Positions 53,077 to 64,000 of a stretch of 64,000 nucleotides of DNA are shown here, piece after piece. Source of the DNA: Octopus sinensis (Eukaryota); assembly GCF_006345805.1 (NCBI RefSeq), contig NC_043016.1, forward strand, positions 24,862,001 through 24,926,000, read 5' to 3'. The notes beneath the pieces were generated by a model. The model was not told the DNA's origin, ran no database searches, and saw only the letters and a program-made list of their open reading frames with translations. Both the position numbers and the translations under genes were made by a program. Each line of letters begins with the position of its first letter. The first letter of the stretch is position 1.

Positions 53077-53379
53077 TAATAAATATATTACAGTTGATAG
53101 CAACGTCAATTTCTAGGCTGCACCAATCTGTTGAAAAGTTACCAGGTGTAAATCACACCTTGAAATTATCTTAGTATTCTTAGTTAATGTTTTTATATTA
53201 TTTAGTGTGTGCCACTCCTATCACCAACTAATTTACTATGAAGTGAATTGGTTGGTGATGGGAATTTACTATATAGTGAATTTTGTCATGTCACTGGCTT
53301 TAGAGATGTTATCTCTGACAAGGCCAAGGAGTCTCCTCTAATCTACATTGTCTCCATTCACACATATATATATTGATAC

Positions 53380-53561
53380 AGCTAGGTAGACAGACAGACA
53401 GACAACTAGCTAGATGGGCAGACAGATGAACAGACATGGAAGGACGGACAAACAGGTAGATAGATAAACAGACAGATAGACAGATAGATAGATAGGTAGG
53501 TAGATAGATAGATAGATAGATAGATAGATGGATAGATAGACAGACAGACAGACAGCCAGAC

Positions 53562-53610
<49 letters not shown>

Positions 53611-53617
53611 GACAGAC

Positions 53618-53686
<69 letters not shown>
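53380..53686. repeat. (GATA)n/(GACA)n microsatellite
   Basis: Direct inspection. Confidence 0.95.
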
Positions 53687-53687
<1 letters not shown>

Positions 53688-54249
53688 TCTGACAGGAACA
53701 TATCCAATTATAAATGAATGGGGTATGCATATGCATGCGGTCTATAGTCAGCATGCAATCAGAGACGCCTGTTGGATGATTTCTGGTTATTAAAAATGGA
53801 TGTGATATCTATCAATGAGACCATCTAATCAGTATTAAGGGAGTTGGTAGTGTTGTTTCAAATAAGCATGGATCTGGAGAGAGGAAAATACAATCTTCAT
53901 AGATCCAAAGGGTAGGTAAGCAGCCCCACACACTATGTTACTACATGTCAGGTATTTTCACCACTGTTTTTGTGACTATCTACTAAAACTGACTGCAGAC
54001 TGGAAGCGTTTGTAAGTCAATCATGTGAGCCAGGAAATGGTGCAGCTTGCTGAGAAAGGACCCAAATACAGGGTTCATAAAGGACAACTCTAAAATTCAT
54101 AATGTTGTTAAAGACAGGTTTCAATGTTTTTGAAAAGGTGACACACTAACTAGTTAACACATGTCTGTGTTGTTAATGTGCAAACTTATGCCCCCCCCCC
54201 AGAAGATCTCTCAATTACAATATCTACCTTATGTAAACACCTCATGGAG

Positions 54250-54640
54250 TACATCAAGAACAGATCTATCTTTGGTGGCTATTGGTAAATTTGTATCAAT
54301 AATTGCTATCTAGCAATTCTCCTAAGAGCAGCCAGTTTTGTTCTAATGATCAGAGACTGGATTACAAAAAATCAGTGTGATATCTAGTCAAAGTGGCCAG
54401 TTATTGGAACTGTTTTGCTTATTGTTTGGTCCAACAATGATGTCCTCTTCCCTCTCTCCTTTACGTTTTGGTACTGGAGTCAATATCATGGAGGTTGGAA
54501 ACATTGAGGGTCATCCCTCTTGAAGTGGCATGCAAGACTACCATGCTTGCTTATGTAGACAATCTAACCATTATGTTTCTGGACATTTCAAAACTTGAGA
54601 TGATTGGTTCCATACTGAAGTAGTCTCAAGGTAACATGCT
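54250..54640 (+). pseudogene. Highly degenerate HERO/R4-like RT relic
   Basis: 54538-54576 reads LPMLAYVDNLTIM, compared with the remembered LPP.RA(F/Y)MDD.T motif. Confidence 0.35.
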
Positions 54641-54806
54641 AACCAACTGACTTATCCTAACATAAGCTAGAACAATTAATCAGTGGAGGGTTAGTTGTGA
54701 ATATGAAAAATCATGGCTTGGGAACGGTTCTGGTTATTCCTGAAGAGTGTAAAGTAGTCCATACTTGAGGTTTTTATGTCAGAGATTGTGGACAATTTCC
54801 AAAAGT

Positions 54807-55446
54807 GGATCTTTACCTTTTGACCTACAGATTTAAAAAATAATTTTTTGTAACTAAACACTTTCGAACTTCGGACACTGGTAGAATGTGTCATATAAAA
54901 CATCTTTTACTCTTAGCATTTTTGAGAAAAACTTATATTTATGAAGTTATTTCACATTAAAGTTCTCGTATTTTGGTTATTTCAACCAATCAATGACGTG
55001 TATTCAGTTGAATAAAATTACTGCTGTTGTTTGTCAACAACAACTATCGGAGGCGTATTTTTCATTTATCACTGTTATTTATGACATCATTCGTACGTTT
55101 GTACAGGTTTTAAGGTTTTAGGGTTAGGGTTTTACAGTTAGGGATAGGGTTTTAGGGTTAAGGTTTTAGGGTTAGGGTTAGGGTTGTCATAAATAACAGT
55201 GACAAACGAAATATACCCCACCGAAAGTTCTTGTTGACAAACAACAGCAGTAATTTTATCCAGCTGAATACACATCATTGATTGGTTGAAATTGCTGAAA
55301 TATGAGAACTTTAACATGAAATAACTTCATTTTTTCTTACAAATGTTAAGAGTAAAAGATGTTTTATATGACCAGTGTCCGAAGTTTGAAAGTGTTTAGT
55401 TACAAAAAATTATTTTTAAAATCTGTTGGTCAAAAGGTAAAGATCC
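54807..55446. mobile_element. Non-autonomous palindromic DNA transposon (Merlin-like GG termini, 8-bp TSD) with a TTAGGG core
   Basis: CCAAAAGT|GGATCTTTACC...GGTAAAGATCC|CCAAAAGT; arms about 280 bp; degenerate TTAGGG repeats at about 55105-55184. Confidence 0.85.
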
Positions 55447-56971
55447 CCAAAAGTTAGTAAACTTAAATACTTTTGAGCTAGTAACTAGCTCATCCTATAC
55501 GCATTTGTTTGGTGTCTGTGCATTACCAGCTTGTGGGTTTGTAGCAAACAGCTAATATCACATACTTGACAAATTCAGAGTCTATTGAGAAAATCAGCTT
55601 GCTGGCATCTGTTGGCAAAGGAGAGTAGTGAGTTTTCATCTGCTAGGTGGTTATAACAAAGGAAGTTGTGTGGTGGGTACAGTCAAAAGATATGAGAATT
55701 GAGGACAGGGCTTTTCCTCTCTGGTCTCTGATGCATTTTATGAAAGGTAAATGAGAAAGGTAGGATTAATGAGATTAAATAGACTTACTCTGACTATGTG
55801 GCTATAAACAGAAGGCAAGAAACTGGAAGAGGGTACTTTTCGGGCCTTTGATGCAGTAGAGTAAGCTGGGACTTTGTGTTAGTATTTCCTCTGAGTTACC
55901 ACATGTTTCAATCCTGCATCAGCAAAGAAACCTCTAGATGGTTACTCAATCCTCCAGAAATAGCTGTCTCATCTGCCTCAAATCACGTCTTATTGTTTTC
56001 AAACAGGAAAACATTAGATAGTGTGATCCAAGGTGAAAGAGTTGATAGGAGATCACAGCTGCAATACTCTTTAATCATAGATTTACACAATCAGGGCTGA
56101 ACTGGAGTAAAACAACACCACTAATACCACTGCTGAAAACTAATGTTGGTGACAATGACAGCTCCACTGTTTCCACCTTCACAGAGCACAATAGCAACAA
56201 CAATGACCAGCAATAACAGTGGTGTAGATAGCAGCAATGATGACAATGACCCCTACTACAATGAAAGCAGCAGCAGCAGCAGCCTTTTAAGAATTTGGAC
56301 CTGGAGATCTCCATTTCCAGCGACTTCGAGGGCCACCTCCCAGTGGTGTTGAGCGTCAACGAAAGCCTTTGACTACAACAAGATGACCAAAGCTTTTTTT
56401 TTTGCCAAGGTCTGGGGTCTCCTGCCCCTAAGCCCTCCACCATCACCTAATCACCCTTACCTGTCTTGTTGCTTAACAACAACAACAACAAGCAACAGCA
56501 ACAGTTACAATAAAGACAACAACATTTTATCACATCTACAACACCTTGAGATCTTCATACCCATACCTTCATCAGTCTGTACCATTTATAGTTAACCTCC
56601 ACTAACAACAAGCACTATTTTATCACCTATCACTCACCTAACACCTGGACCATATGCCCATAGACATGTTTTATCAAGTTCACCATGTTTGTAAATTAAC
56701 ATCATACACCCACCTTTTCTTATAAAACTGGTCCAAAACTAGAAATATTTTGAGATCCAATGCACTTTAAAATTTAAAAAAATATTACAGTTATTCAATG
56801 AAATGGCACTAGTAAATGAGTAGACTTGCTTAATTTTTGATGAATTGTAATTAATAGATTTGCCATTTTATTTCTGTGTTTCAATGTCCTAAACTCCTTC
56901 ATACAATAAATAAGCTCAATTATTATTTTGCTGATAAATAAGATTGGTTAAAAAAGTTAGAATATTACAGT

Positions 56972-57186
56972 AAAGTGGTGAGCTGGCAGAACTGTTAGCA
57001 TGCCAGGTAAAATGCTTAGCAGCACTTTGACTGTCCTTACATTCCAAGTTCAAATTCCACTGAAGTGAACTTGAGCTTTCATCATTTTGAGGTTGATAAA
57101 ATGAGTACCAGTTGAGCACTGGGATTGATGTAATTGACTTACCTCCTCTTCTGAAGTTGCTGGCTTAGTGCCAAAATTTGAAGCCA
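56972..57186 (+). mobile_element. SINE family B
   Basis: Family match. Confidence 0.85.
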
Positions 57187-57774
57187 AAATATTATAAGAC
57201 ACAGTAAAATTGACAAGCCCCACCTCACCCTCTGTCCTTAAATCAATTTGGGATTTTTGAACAGCTAAGAAACATTACATTGTGTACAGTTTCTATTTTA
57301 ATCTTATTCCATTAACAAAAATATTCCACAAATATGAATTTTCATTCAATATCATCACATTTACAATGTCAGACAAAAAAACCAATTACATTAAATTAGG
57401 ACCATGTATAAGGAAACTATATTTAATGGTAGACTGACCAGGCAATATTTCTAATTGATATGGAAGTCTACTTTTTGCTATTATATGAAATGTCACTGGT
57501 GCCTGTATTGGCACCATCATCATAAGTGGTGATGACAGCAGCAGAGTATTGGCATCACTACCACCACTACCATCATCATCACCATCATTTAACTTCCATT
57601 TTTCCATGCTTACATGGGTCAGAGATAATTTGTTGAGGCTGATTTTTCTATGGCTGGATGCCCTTCCTGTTGCTAACCCTTATCTGTTTCCAAATAAAAT
57701 AATATATATCCTTACAGTCAGACATGGATTCCTAATCCATTATTAGGATTAGGATTAGGATTGTACAACATCAC

Positions 57775-57840
<66 letters not shown>

Positions 57841-58026
57841 CACACGCACATATGATCAGACTTCATATATACATACCTACATACATAATATATATATGTA
57901 TGTACAGAAAGAAACAAGGAGAGAAAAAAATGTGTGTAGTGGCTACCGATCTATCATATATATATATATATATATATACACATATGATCAGACTTCATAT
58001 ATACATACATACATAATATATATATG

Positions 58027-58097
<71 letters not shown>

Positions 58098-58101
<4 letters not shown>

Positions 58102-58244
58102 AATATTAGGGAATATATCCAAATTTACAGGTAAAAAAAATCAGATTTAGGATTAAATCCAATTTTATAGTAAAATATTATAAAATATTATTTGAGACAA
58201 AACCACTATTTTGCAAAACAAACAAGGAAAGACTTAATCAATAC

Positions 58245-58308
<64 letters not shown>

Positions 58309-58496
58309 AATATTAGGGAATATATCCAAATTTACAGGGAAAAAAAATCAGATTTAGGATTAAATCCAATTTTATTATAATATATTATAAAATATTATTT
58401 GAGACAAAACCACTATTTTGCAAAACAAACAAGGAAAGACTTAATCAATAAGTCTTTCCTTGTTTGTTTTGCAAAATAGTGGTTTTGTCTCAAATA

Positions 58497-58505
<9 letters not shown>
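58098..58505. repeat. Two direct copies of an about 150-bp unit followed by an inverted partial copy
   Basis: GAGACAAAACCACTATTTTGCAAAACAAACAAGGAAAGAC at about 58193 and 58401, inverted at 58451-58490; the same block lies next to the hammerhead at 41240-41283. Confidence 0.85.
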
Positions 58506-58582
<77 letters not shown>

Positions 58583-58586
<4 letters not shown>

Positions 58587-58768
58587 AGATCAGTGGCCCC
58601 TACACACATTCTTTTTCTCTCTTTGTTTCTTTCTGTGTTCCTTTCTGTAGAAGAGTATAGGCTCAAAACGTAAAAGACTTTTTCAATTCCTGAGCGTTAT
58701 ACTAATACACCTGTTTGTTTTCTATACCACCTGTCTTCGTCTTCTGTTTTTTTCCTGAATTCTCCCTA
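58583..58768 (+). mobile_element. Family H repeat with variant hammerhead core (58641-58677)
   Basis: CTTT-CTGTAGAA-GAGT ATAG GCTC-AAAA-CGTA-AAAG. Confidence 0.75.
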
Positions 58769-59000
58769 TATATATATTAAATAAATTTGAATAGAGGATA
58801 AAATAACCACCTTAAGGGACAGAAAATATCAAATGAATTACTGGCTAGTTACCTATTATTTTGTTGTGAATAGTAATATTTCTAAAATAATAGGTTTAAG
58901 TATAAATCTTGGTTTATAAATATTCAAATTAAAATCCAGAAAATGGAGAAATGGAGAAGTAGCATTAATATAATTTATTAACTGCAAAAATTCAACATGT

Positions 59001-59087
59001 TGACATACAGCTGTTTCAATTTTGCCCAAAATGAATTAAATTCTAGTAATCAAAACATTTTATTGGGCAAAATCTCGTCAGAGGAGT
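59001..59087 (-). ncRNA. Hammerhead-like core with 12-bp stem II; stem I not formed in cis
   Basis: CUGACGA-GAUUUUGCCCAA...UUGGGCAAAAUU-GAAA-C-AGCU-G-UA. Confidence 0.45.
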
Positions 59088-59136
59088 AAAAGAAGACATA
59101 TCATTAGGTTGTTACGTGTTATTCTTCCAGTCAAAC

Positions 59137-59425
59137 GAATCGACCCCAGGACTTATATTTTTCAAGCCTAGAACTTATTCTATCAGCCTCTTATGCCAAA
59201 CCGCCAAGTTACAGGACATAACCACACCAGTTGTCAAGTAGTGGTAGGGGACAAACACACACACACACCAGGCTACTTTCAGTTTCTCTCTACCAAATCC
59301 ACTCACAAAGCTTTGGTCAACCAAATGCTATAGCAGAAGGCACTTGCCCAAGGTGCCATACAATGGGACTGAACCCAGAACCACATGGTTGGGAAGGAAG
59401 CTTCTTACCACACAGCCATGCCTAT
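59137..59425 (-). mobile_element. SINE family A (internally deleted)
   Basis: Family match. Confidence 0.8.
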
Positions 59426-62229
59426 TCACAATCCATCCACAACATACACACTTTCCATTTAATAGTCAAATCGCATTCTTGCTCTTCTGTAAGGAATGGC
59501 CATTTGAGACTAAAAGGAGGTCCATACTTGAGAATTTCAAAAATAGATAAACAAATAAATAAATCGTATTTAACTCATAAAGAGTGCATATTTTTTTAAT
59601 CTTTCCTAGTGGATAAATATTTTAGGCCCTGCAAGCAGCTGGTGAAAGAAAATATTTCAGATGTACAGGAATAACCATTGCTACACAACCACTTAGTAAT
59701 AATAATTTCAATGCAAAATTGTTACGCACAAGAAACCACCTTATCTAGAATTGATGCAGCCAGCTATAGCATGTATGAAACATACATGACTCATCCTCAG
59801 TTGATCGGTTAGCATCTGAAATAACAGATCCTTTCAGTTGCAGTCACAGATTTTGTATTTTTTCAATTTTTTTTCAAATTTTGTATACAAAACCACATTA
59901 AAATACAAATCCAAAATTGAAGAAAACATAAGCATGAGTGAAGAAAGAATGGAAAAGAGGAAGAAATGAAGAAAAGGGAAGAAAAAACATCAATTCAACA
60001 CCAAGTGCCTCAATTGGTCACACACCACAAGATTCAATGGAACCTACTGAAGCAAGCCAACATACTTGCAGCATTACCATGGGCGATGGCAAGGTTAAGG
60101 CATTGAAACTGCCAAGCAGCCTCACAGACATCACCTAACACCTAGGTATGGCAAGATGCCAATAATGATAAAACCTTTGTTATTAGTGATCCAGCCCCCT
60201 AAACTTTTGAAACACAACAAACTGGAAGAAATGATTCACTGACAAGTCCTAATACTAAAGGATTTTTCCTATTCAGCTTGGGAAGCAGTGATCCTCCCAT
60301 TTACTGCAGCATCCAGGATGTGGGAGGGAACAAAGGATTCACAGACTGTGGTGTCCCAGATTAGGCATCAACCTCTTACCCAGGGGCAGAGGGTAAGACC
60401 ATCTAGTCTCTTCCCATCACTTCTGGATAATCATGCTGGCTCTAGAACTGAGTTAGTATTAACTCATGAAAATGAAATTTATCTTGGCCATAAATTAATA
60501 GATAAAAAGTTAATAACTTTTAAAGTTTTCAAATTTGGGATAATTTTAGCCAATCAAAAGTCATCATTATACACATGCCTGTAAACCTCACATTGGTGTA
60601 TATTTCCATAGTAACAGTTAAAGCTGTAGTCTGCTATTTTCATCACTGCAACCACCACCACCACCACCACAAGTATGCATGAGCGATATCAGGTTGTGCC
60701 CATGTTATTTTTGTTTGTCAGTTTGTGACAGACAGATATCATGCAGATAATGGCATCATGAATTGATTAGAAGCATTGATGTTGAAGGGATAACAAAAAA
60801 ATCAGCTGTTGCAATCCAGCAAAGACCAATTTCTGTTTCCTGATTGGAAGCAAGAATTGCTCCAAAGTATTAAACGTTGAACTTCTGTAACATTTTTCTA
60901 AATTTTCCTGGGAATAAATGAGTCCAAAATTCAGATTAAGCATGAAATATTACATCAACATACCAAATTCCAAAATTTTCACTTGAATTCAAAATTTCCA
61001 ATTTCCAGATCTGTGATAGCAAGTGAAAAGATACACAATAACTCTTTCTCACTGTCTTAGACATAATAAGGAACACTTCATTGAATTTTTTTCTTTCAGT
61101 TTATTATCCAGGGAAATATTCAAATATTATTTCTTACATAAGTATTCAGTTTTGCATTATTCTGGCTATCATGCTGGTTCCAATCTTCCAATCAGTAGAT
61201 CCTGTCAAATCTTGCAATGCAAAAACTTCATGTCCCACAAAACGACTTGGTCTTTCTGGACTACAACAGCTGATTTTTTTTGTTTTTTTGTTACTCCTTC
61301 AACATCAATGTTTGTTGTGCTTTGCTCTGTACTTCTGATCAATTCATGATGCTGGTAATGGCAACAAGCTTCCAACAAGGCATACCACAATTAACTCTCT
61401 TGTAATGAAATTGGTTTGTCATGAATATCTCTAGTAAGGTTTAGCTTCTGAAAGGAAAGATTTTTCTTCTCTTGTTTTCTTAATACAAAGGAGATACAAG
61501 TTTCAATTACAAGTTTGAATTTGTACTGGATCATTTTAGCATATTTTTGGAGGTAACTCTTAAAATAATATTTTTTTGTTTATTCTAGTGCTAATACCTT
61601 GTGAAGATGGCACCATATTTGGCGCCGGGAGACACAATATTTTCACATGTATTTTTTATATGAAAATTCTATATTAGGATAGGGTGGTGCATCAAATTCT
61701 TTGAATTAATTACAAAGGTGATTCTCTGTTTGCATTTCCTCTTAACACAGCAATTGGACAGCTACAGAGTTTTCCTCTATGCACAACAACTGAATTCTCA
61801 AGTGGACATACAAGTTTTTTCTTCTTTTTTTTATTTCTATTTGGTACAAACCTCACCCCCACACAGCTCTTCAAACCATTACATACACAAAAGCAAAAAA
61901 CAGATCAGTTGTAAGTGTACAGTCTGCACAGTCCTATCAAGTTGTTGCAAATGGTTACATTTATTGTATATTTAAGTTTTAGGTCTAAATAGCAACTTTC
62001 ATCAAAGTAGGTAAAAAAATATGCTAATTCTCTGAGAAATTCTCTGAGCAGATTTAGTAGAGGGAAAATGAAAGAAGCCTGTTGTGTATATATATACACA
62101 TATGTTGACATATTACATGTTATTTGCACTGTTGGTGACGTCCTGTATCCATATATGCATGTATATATATATATATATATACACACACACATACATACAC
62201 ACACAAACACACACACGCGTGTGTGTGTG

Positions 62230-62400
62230 TGACCGTGTGTGTATTGTTGGCGATTTTCTTTCTCCGTCTTCCCTTCCTTGGATCTTTCCTTTTCCTATGT
62301 TTCTGTTGAAGAGCTCCGCTCAAAACGTTAATTCCTCCTTCTTTCTTTCCTTTCCTGAGCGTCCAATAACACTATACTTGTTCCACATCCAGATATATAT
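62230..62400 (+). mobile_element. Family H-related repeat with variant hammerhead core (62299-62333)
   Basis: GTTT-CTGTTGAA-GAGC TCC GCTC-AAAA-CGTT-AA; shares CCTGAGCGT...TATAC downstream with family H. Confidence 0.5.
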
Positions 62401-62668
62401 ATCTGGGGATCGAGGTGTAGGAAGAAAGTTAGCTTCAAGCAATCAGTAGTAAATATAAAGAAACAACTTTCAGGGACAATAATGGTTTATTGAGATGGAA
62501 GGTTGCAAATTTTTTTGTATCAAAGTACAGTAAACTGAAAAAACTTCTTTTTATATTTCATGGTAGGCAACCAGGTTTGCCAGGTATGTGAATAAGAACA
62601 TAAGGATTAAGGAATGGAGTAGATAAGATCTGGGCTACATTTGTTTCATAGCAAGTGGAACATTAGAA

Positions 62669-62865
62669 GTGGTAAATATCCAAGTGAGGTGTATACCACA
62701 GGCTACTCTTCAGTCCAAGAATATCTTGAGTATATGAAAGTTTACATTATGACAAGGAGGTACATTTTTACATGGTACATGTCTACACATGGACTCAATC
62801 AGAATCAAGACATCCTTGGCCTGAAGAGTAGCCTGTGGTATACACTTCGCTTGGGTATTTACCAC
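62669..62865. repeat. MITE-like element with about 62-bp inverted termini
   Basis: GTGGTAAATATCCAAGTGAGGTGTATACCACAGGCTACTCTTCAG / CTGAAGAGTAGCCTGTGGTATACACTTCGCTTGGGTATTTACCAC. Confidence 0.75.
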
Positions 62866-62904
62866 ACACACACACACATATATATATGTGACACTTCTGT
62901 TCGA

Positions 62905-63101
62905 GTCAGACGCCATGATAGATCATTAGCCACTACACACATTTTTTTTCTCTCTTTGTTTTTTCTGTGTCTCTTTCTGTAGAAGAGCGTAGGCTCGAAA
63001 CGTAAAAGACTTTTTCTATTCCTGAGTGTTATACTAATACATCTGTTTGTTTTGTACACCACCTGTCTTCGTCTTTTGTTTTTTTTTTTGTAAACTCTCG
63101 C

Positions 63102-63102
<1 letters not shown>
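62905..63102 (+). mobile_element. Least-decayed family H copy, variant hammerhead at 62972-63009
   Basis: TCTTT-CTGTAGAA-GAGC GTAG GCTC-GAAA-CGTA-AAAGA. Confidence 0.8.
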
Positions 63103-63133
<31 letters not shown>

Positions 63134-63459
63134 CATATATATATAATACTTTTGGTTGATAGCTGATGAAGTATTAGGGTTCTGGTGTCTGTCCTATGTG
63201 TATGTTTTGTAGTATTTAATGCATTTTTCACTTATGGAATAACTGAATGCCATGCATCCCAACTTTTGTTAACAGTAAGTTTGTATACATTTTTTTGCAA
63301 TCCTTTCTTTCTTTATCTCATGTCTTAATATTCCTTTCCTAGCATCCCTATTTCCTCATCTCTCTTGTCTTCTAACACTTAATTGTAGACTTTCTCCCTT
63401 CCTTCTTCTGTTCCCTCTGTTCTCTACTAGTTCTGCCAGAAGGCTGGCAGAACTAGTAG

Positions 63460-64000
63460 AGATGCTGTGACAAGGTGGAAATGGTGAGAGGGTTTTGTAA
63501 TTTGGGAGATAGATTGGATGTAAGTAGTGAATGTGAAGCAGCTGTAACAGCAAGAGTGAGACTTGGCTGGGTGAAGTTCAGGGGATGTGAAGCATTATTA
63601 TATGGATAAAGGTTCTCCTTGAAGATGAAAGGAAGGGTTTATTGGAGATGCATGAGATTTGTAATGTTGTATGGGAGTGAGCCATAGTATCTGAGGGAAA
63701 GCAAAATAGCAATTTTGAGGACAAGAGAGCAATGGTGAGAGCAATGTGTGATGTGAAACTATTGGATAAAAGGAGGGCCGAGGACTTGATGGGGATGCTG
63801 CAGTTGGAGGAATCAGTGAAACAGCTGGCAAGGGTGAATGGAGTGCAGTGGTATGGACATGTGTTGAGGAGAGATGAGGATCCTATTCTGAGGAGAGTGC
63901 TTGAGTTTAAAGTGAATGAACTGCGAAAGCGAGGTTGACCAAAGAAAACGTGGAGGGGAGAGGGGTAGGAGATTGGGAAGGTTGGCTTGAGGAAGGAGGA
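63460..64000 (+). mobile_element. RTE-type LINE ORF2 C-terminal relic, a different subfamily; runs off window end
   Basis: CEAAVTARVRLGWVKF, MLYGSE, MVRAMC, VQWYGHVLRR, RKRG.PKKTW. Confidence 0.85.

Noticed and set aside
55105-55184. TTAGGG repeats as a chromosome end or fusion site
   Set aside because: Short, degenerate, single orientation, and enclosed by TIRs and a TSD
61598-61636. TGAAGA-TGGCACCA-TATT-TGGCGCC hairpin resembling hammerhead stem II
   Set aside because: Both core strands have multiple mismatches and there is no stem I

Overview
AT-rich, microsatellite-saturated eukaryotic DNA. I found no host exon, rRNA, true tRNA or CRISPR array that I can support, so it is probably intronic or intergenic. 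The repeat vocabulary looks like an octopus (cephalopod) genome; this is an inference from memory of the repeat families. The window holds: three tRNA-derived SINE families; many RTE-type LINE 3' ends with (GAT)n tails, plus one 2-kb RT fragment carrying a PHD-like finger; a complete Tc1 element with DD36E spacing; a complete dead mariner; a two-LTR Gypsy element lacking RT/RNase H; HERO-like RT relics; and several MITEs and foldbacks, including a 640-bp GG...CC palindrome with an 8-bp TSD and a TTAGGG core. The signal not explained by the ORF track is a set of about a dozen type-I hammerhead-ribozyme-like motifs in several distinct small repeat families. One is fully canonical (41327-41369, minus strand). 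One family has a fixed non-canonical core, CUGU(A/U)GAA. No Penelope RT or GIY-YIG ORF is visible nearby. Element boundaries were read by eye and are approximate unless a TSD or TIR is quoted.
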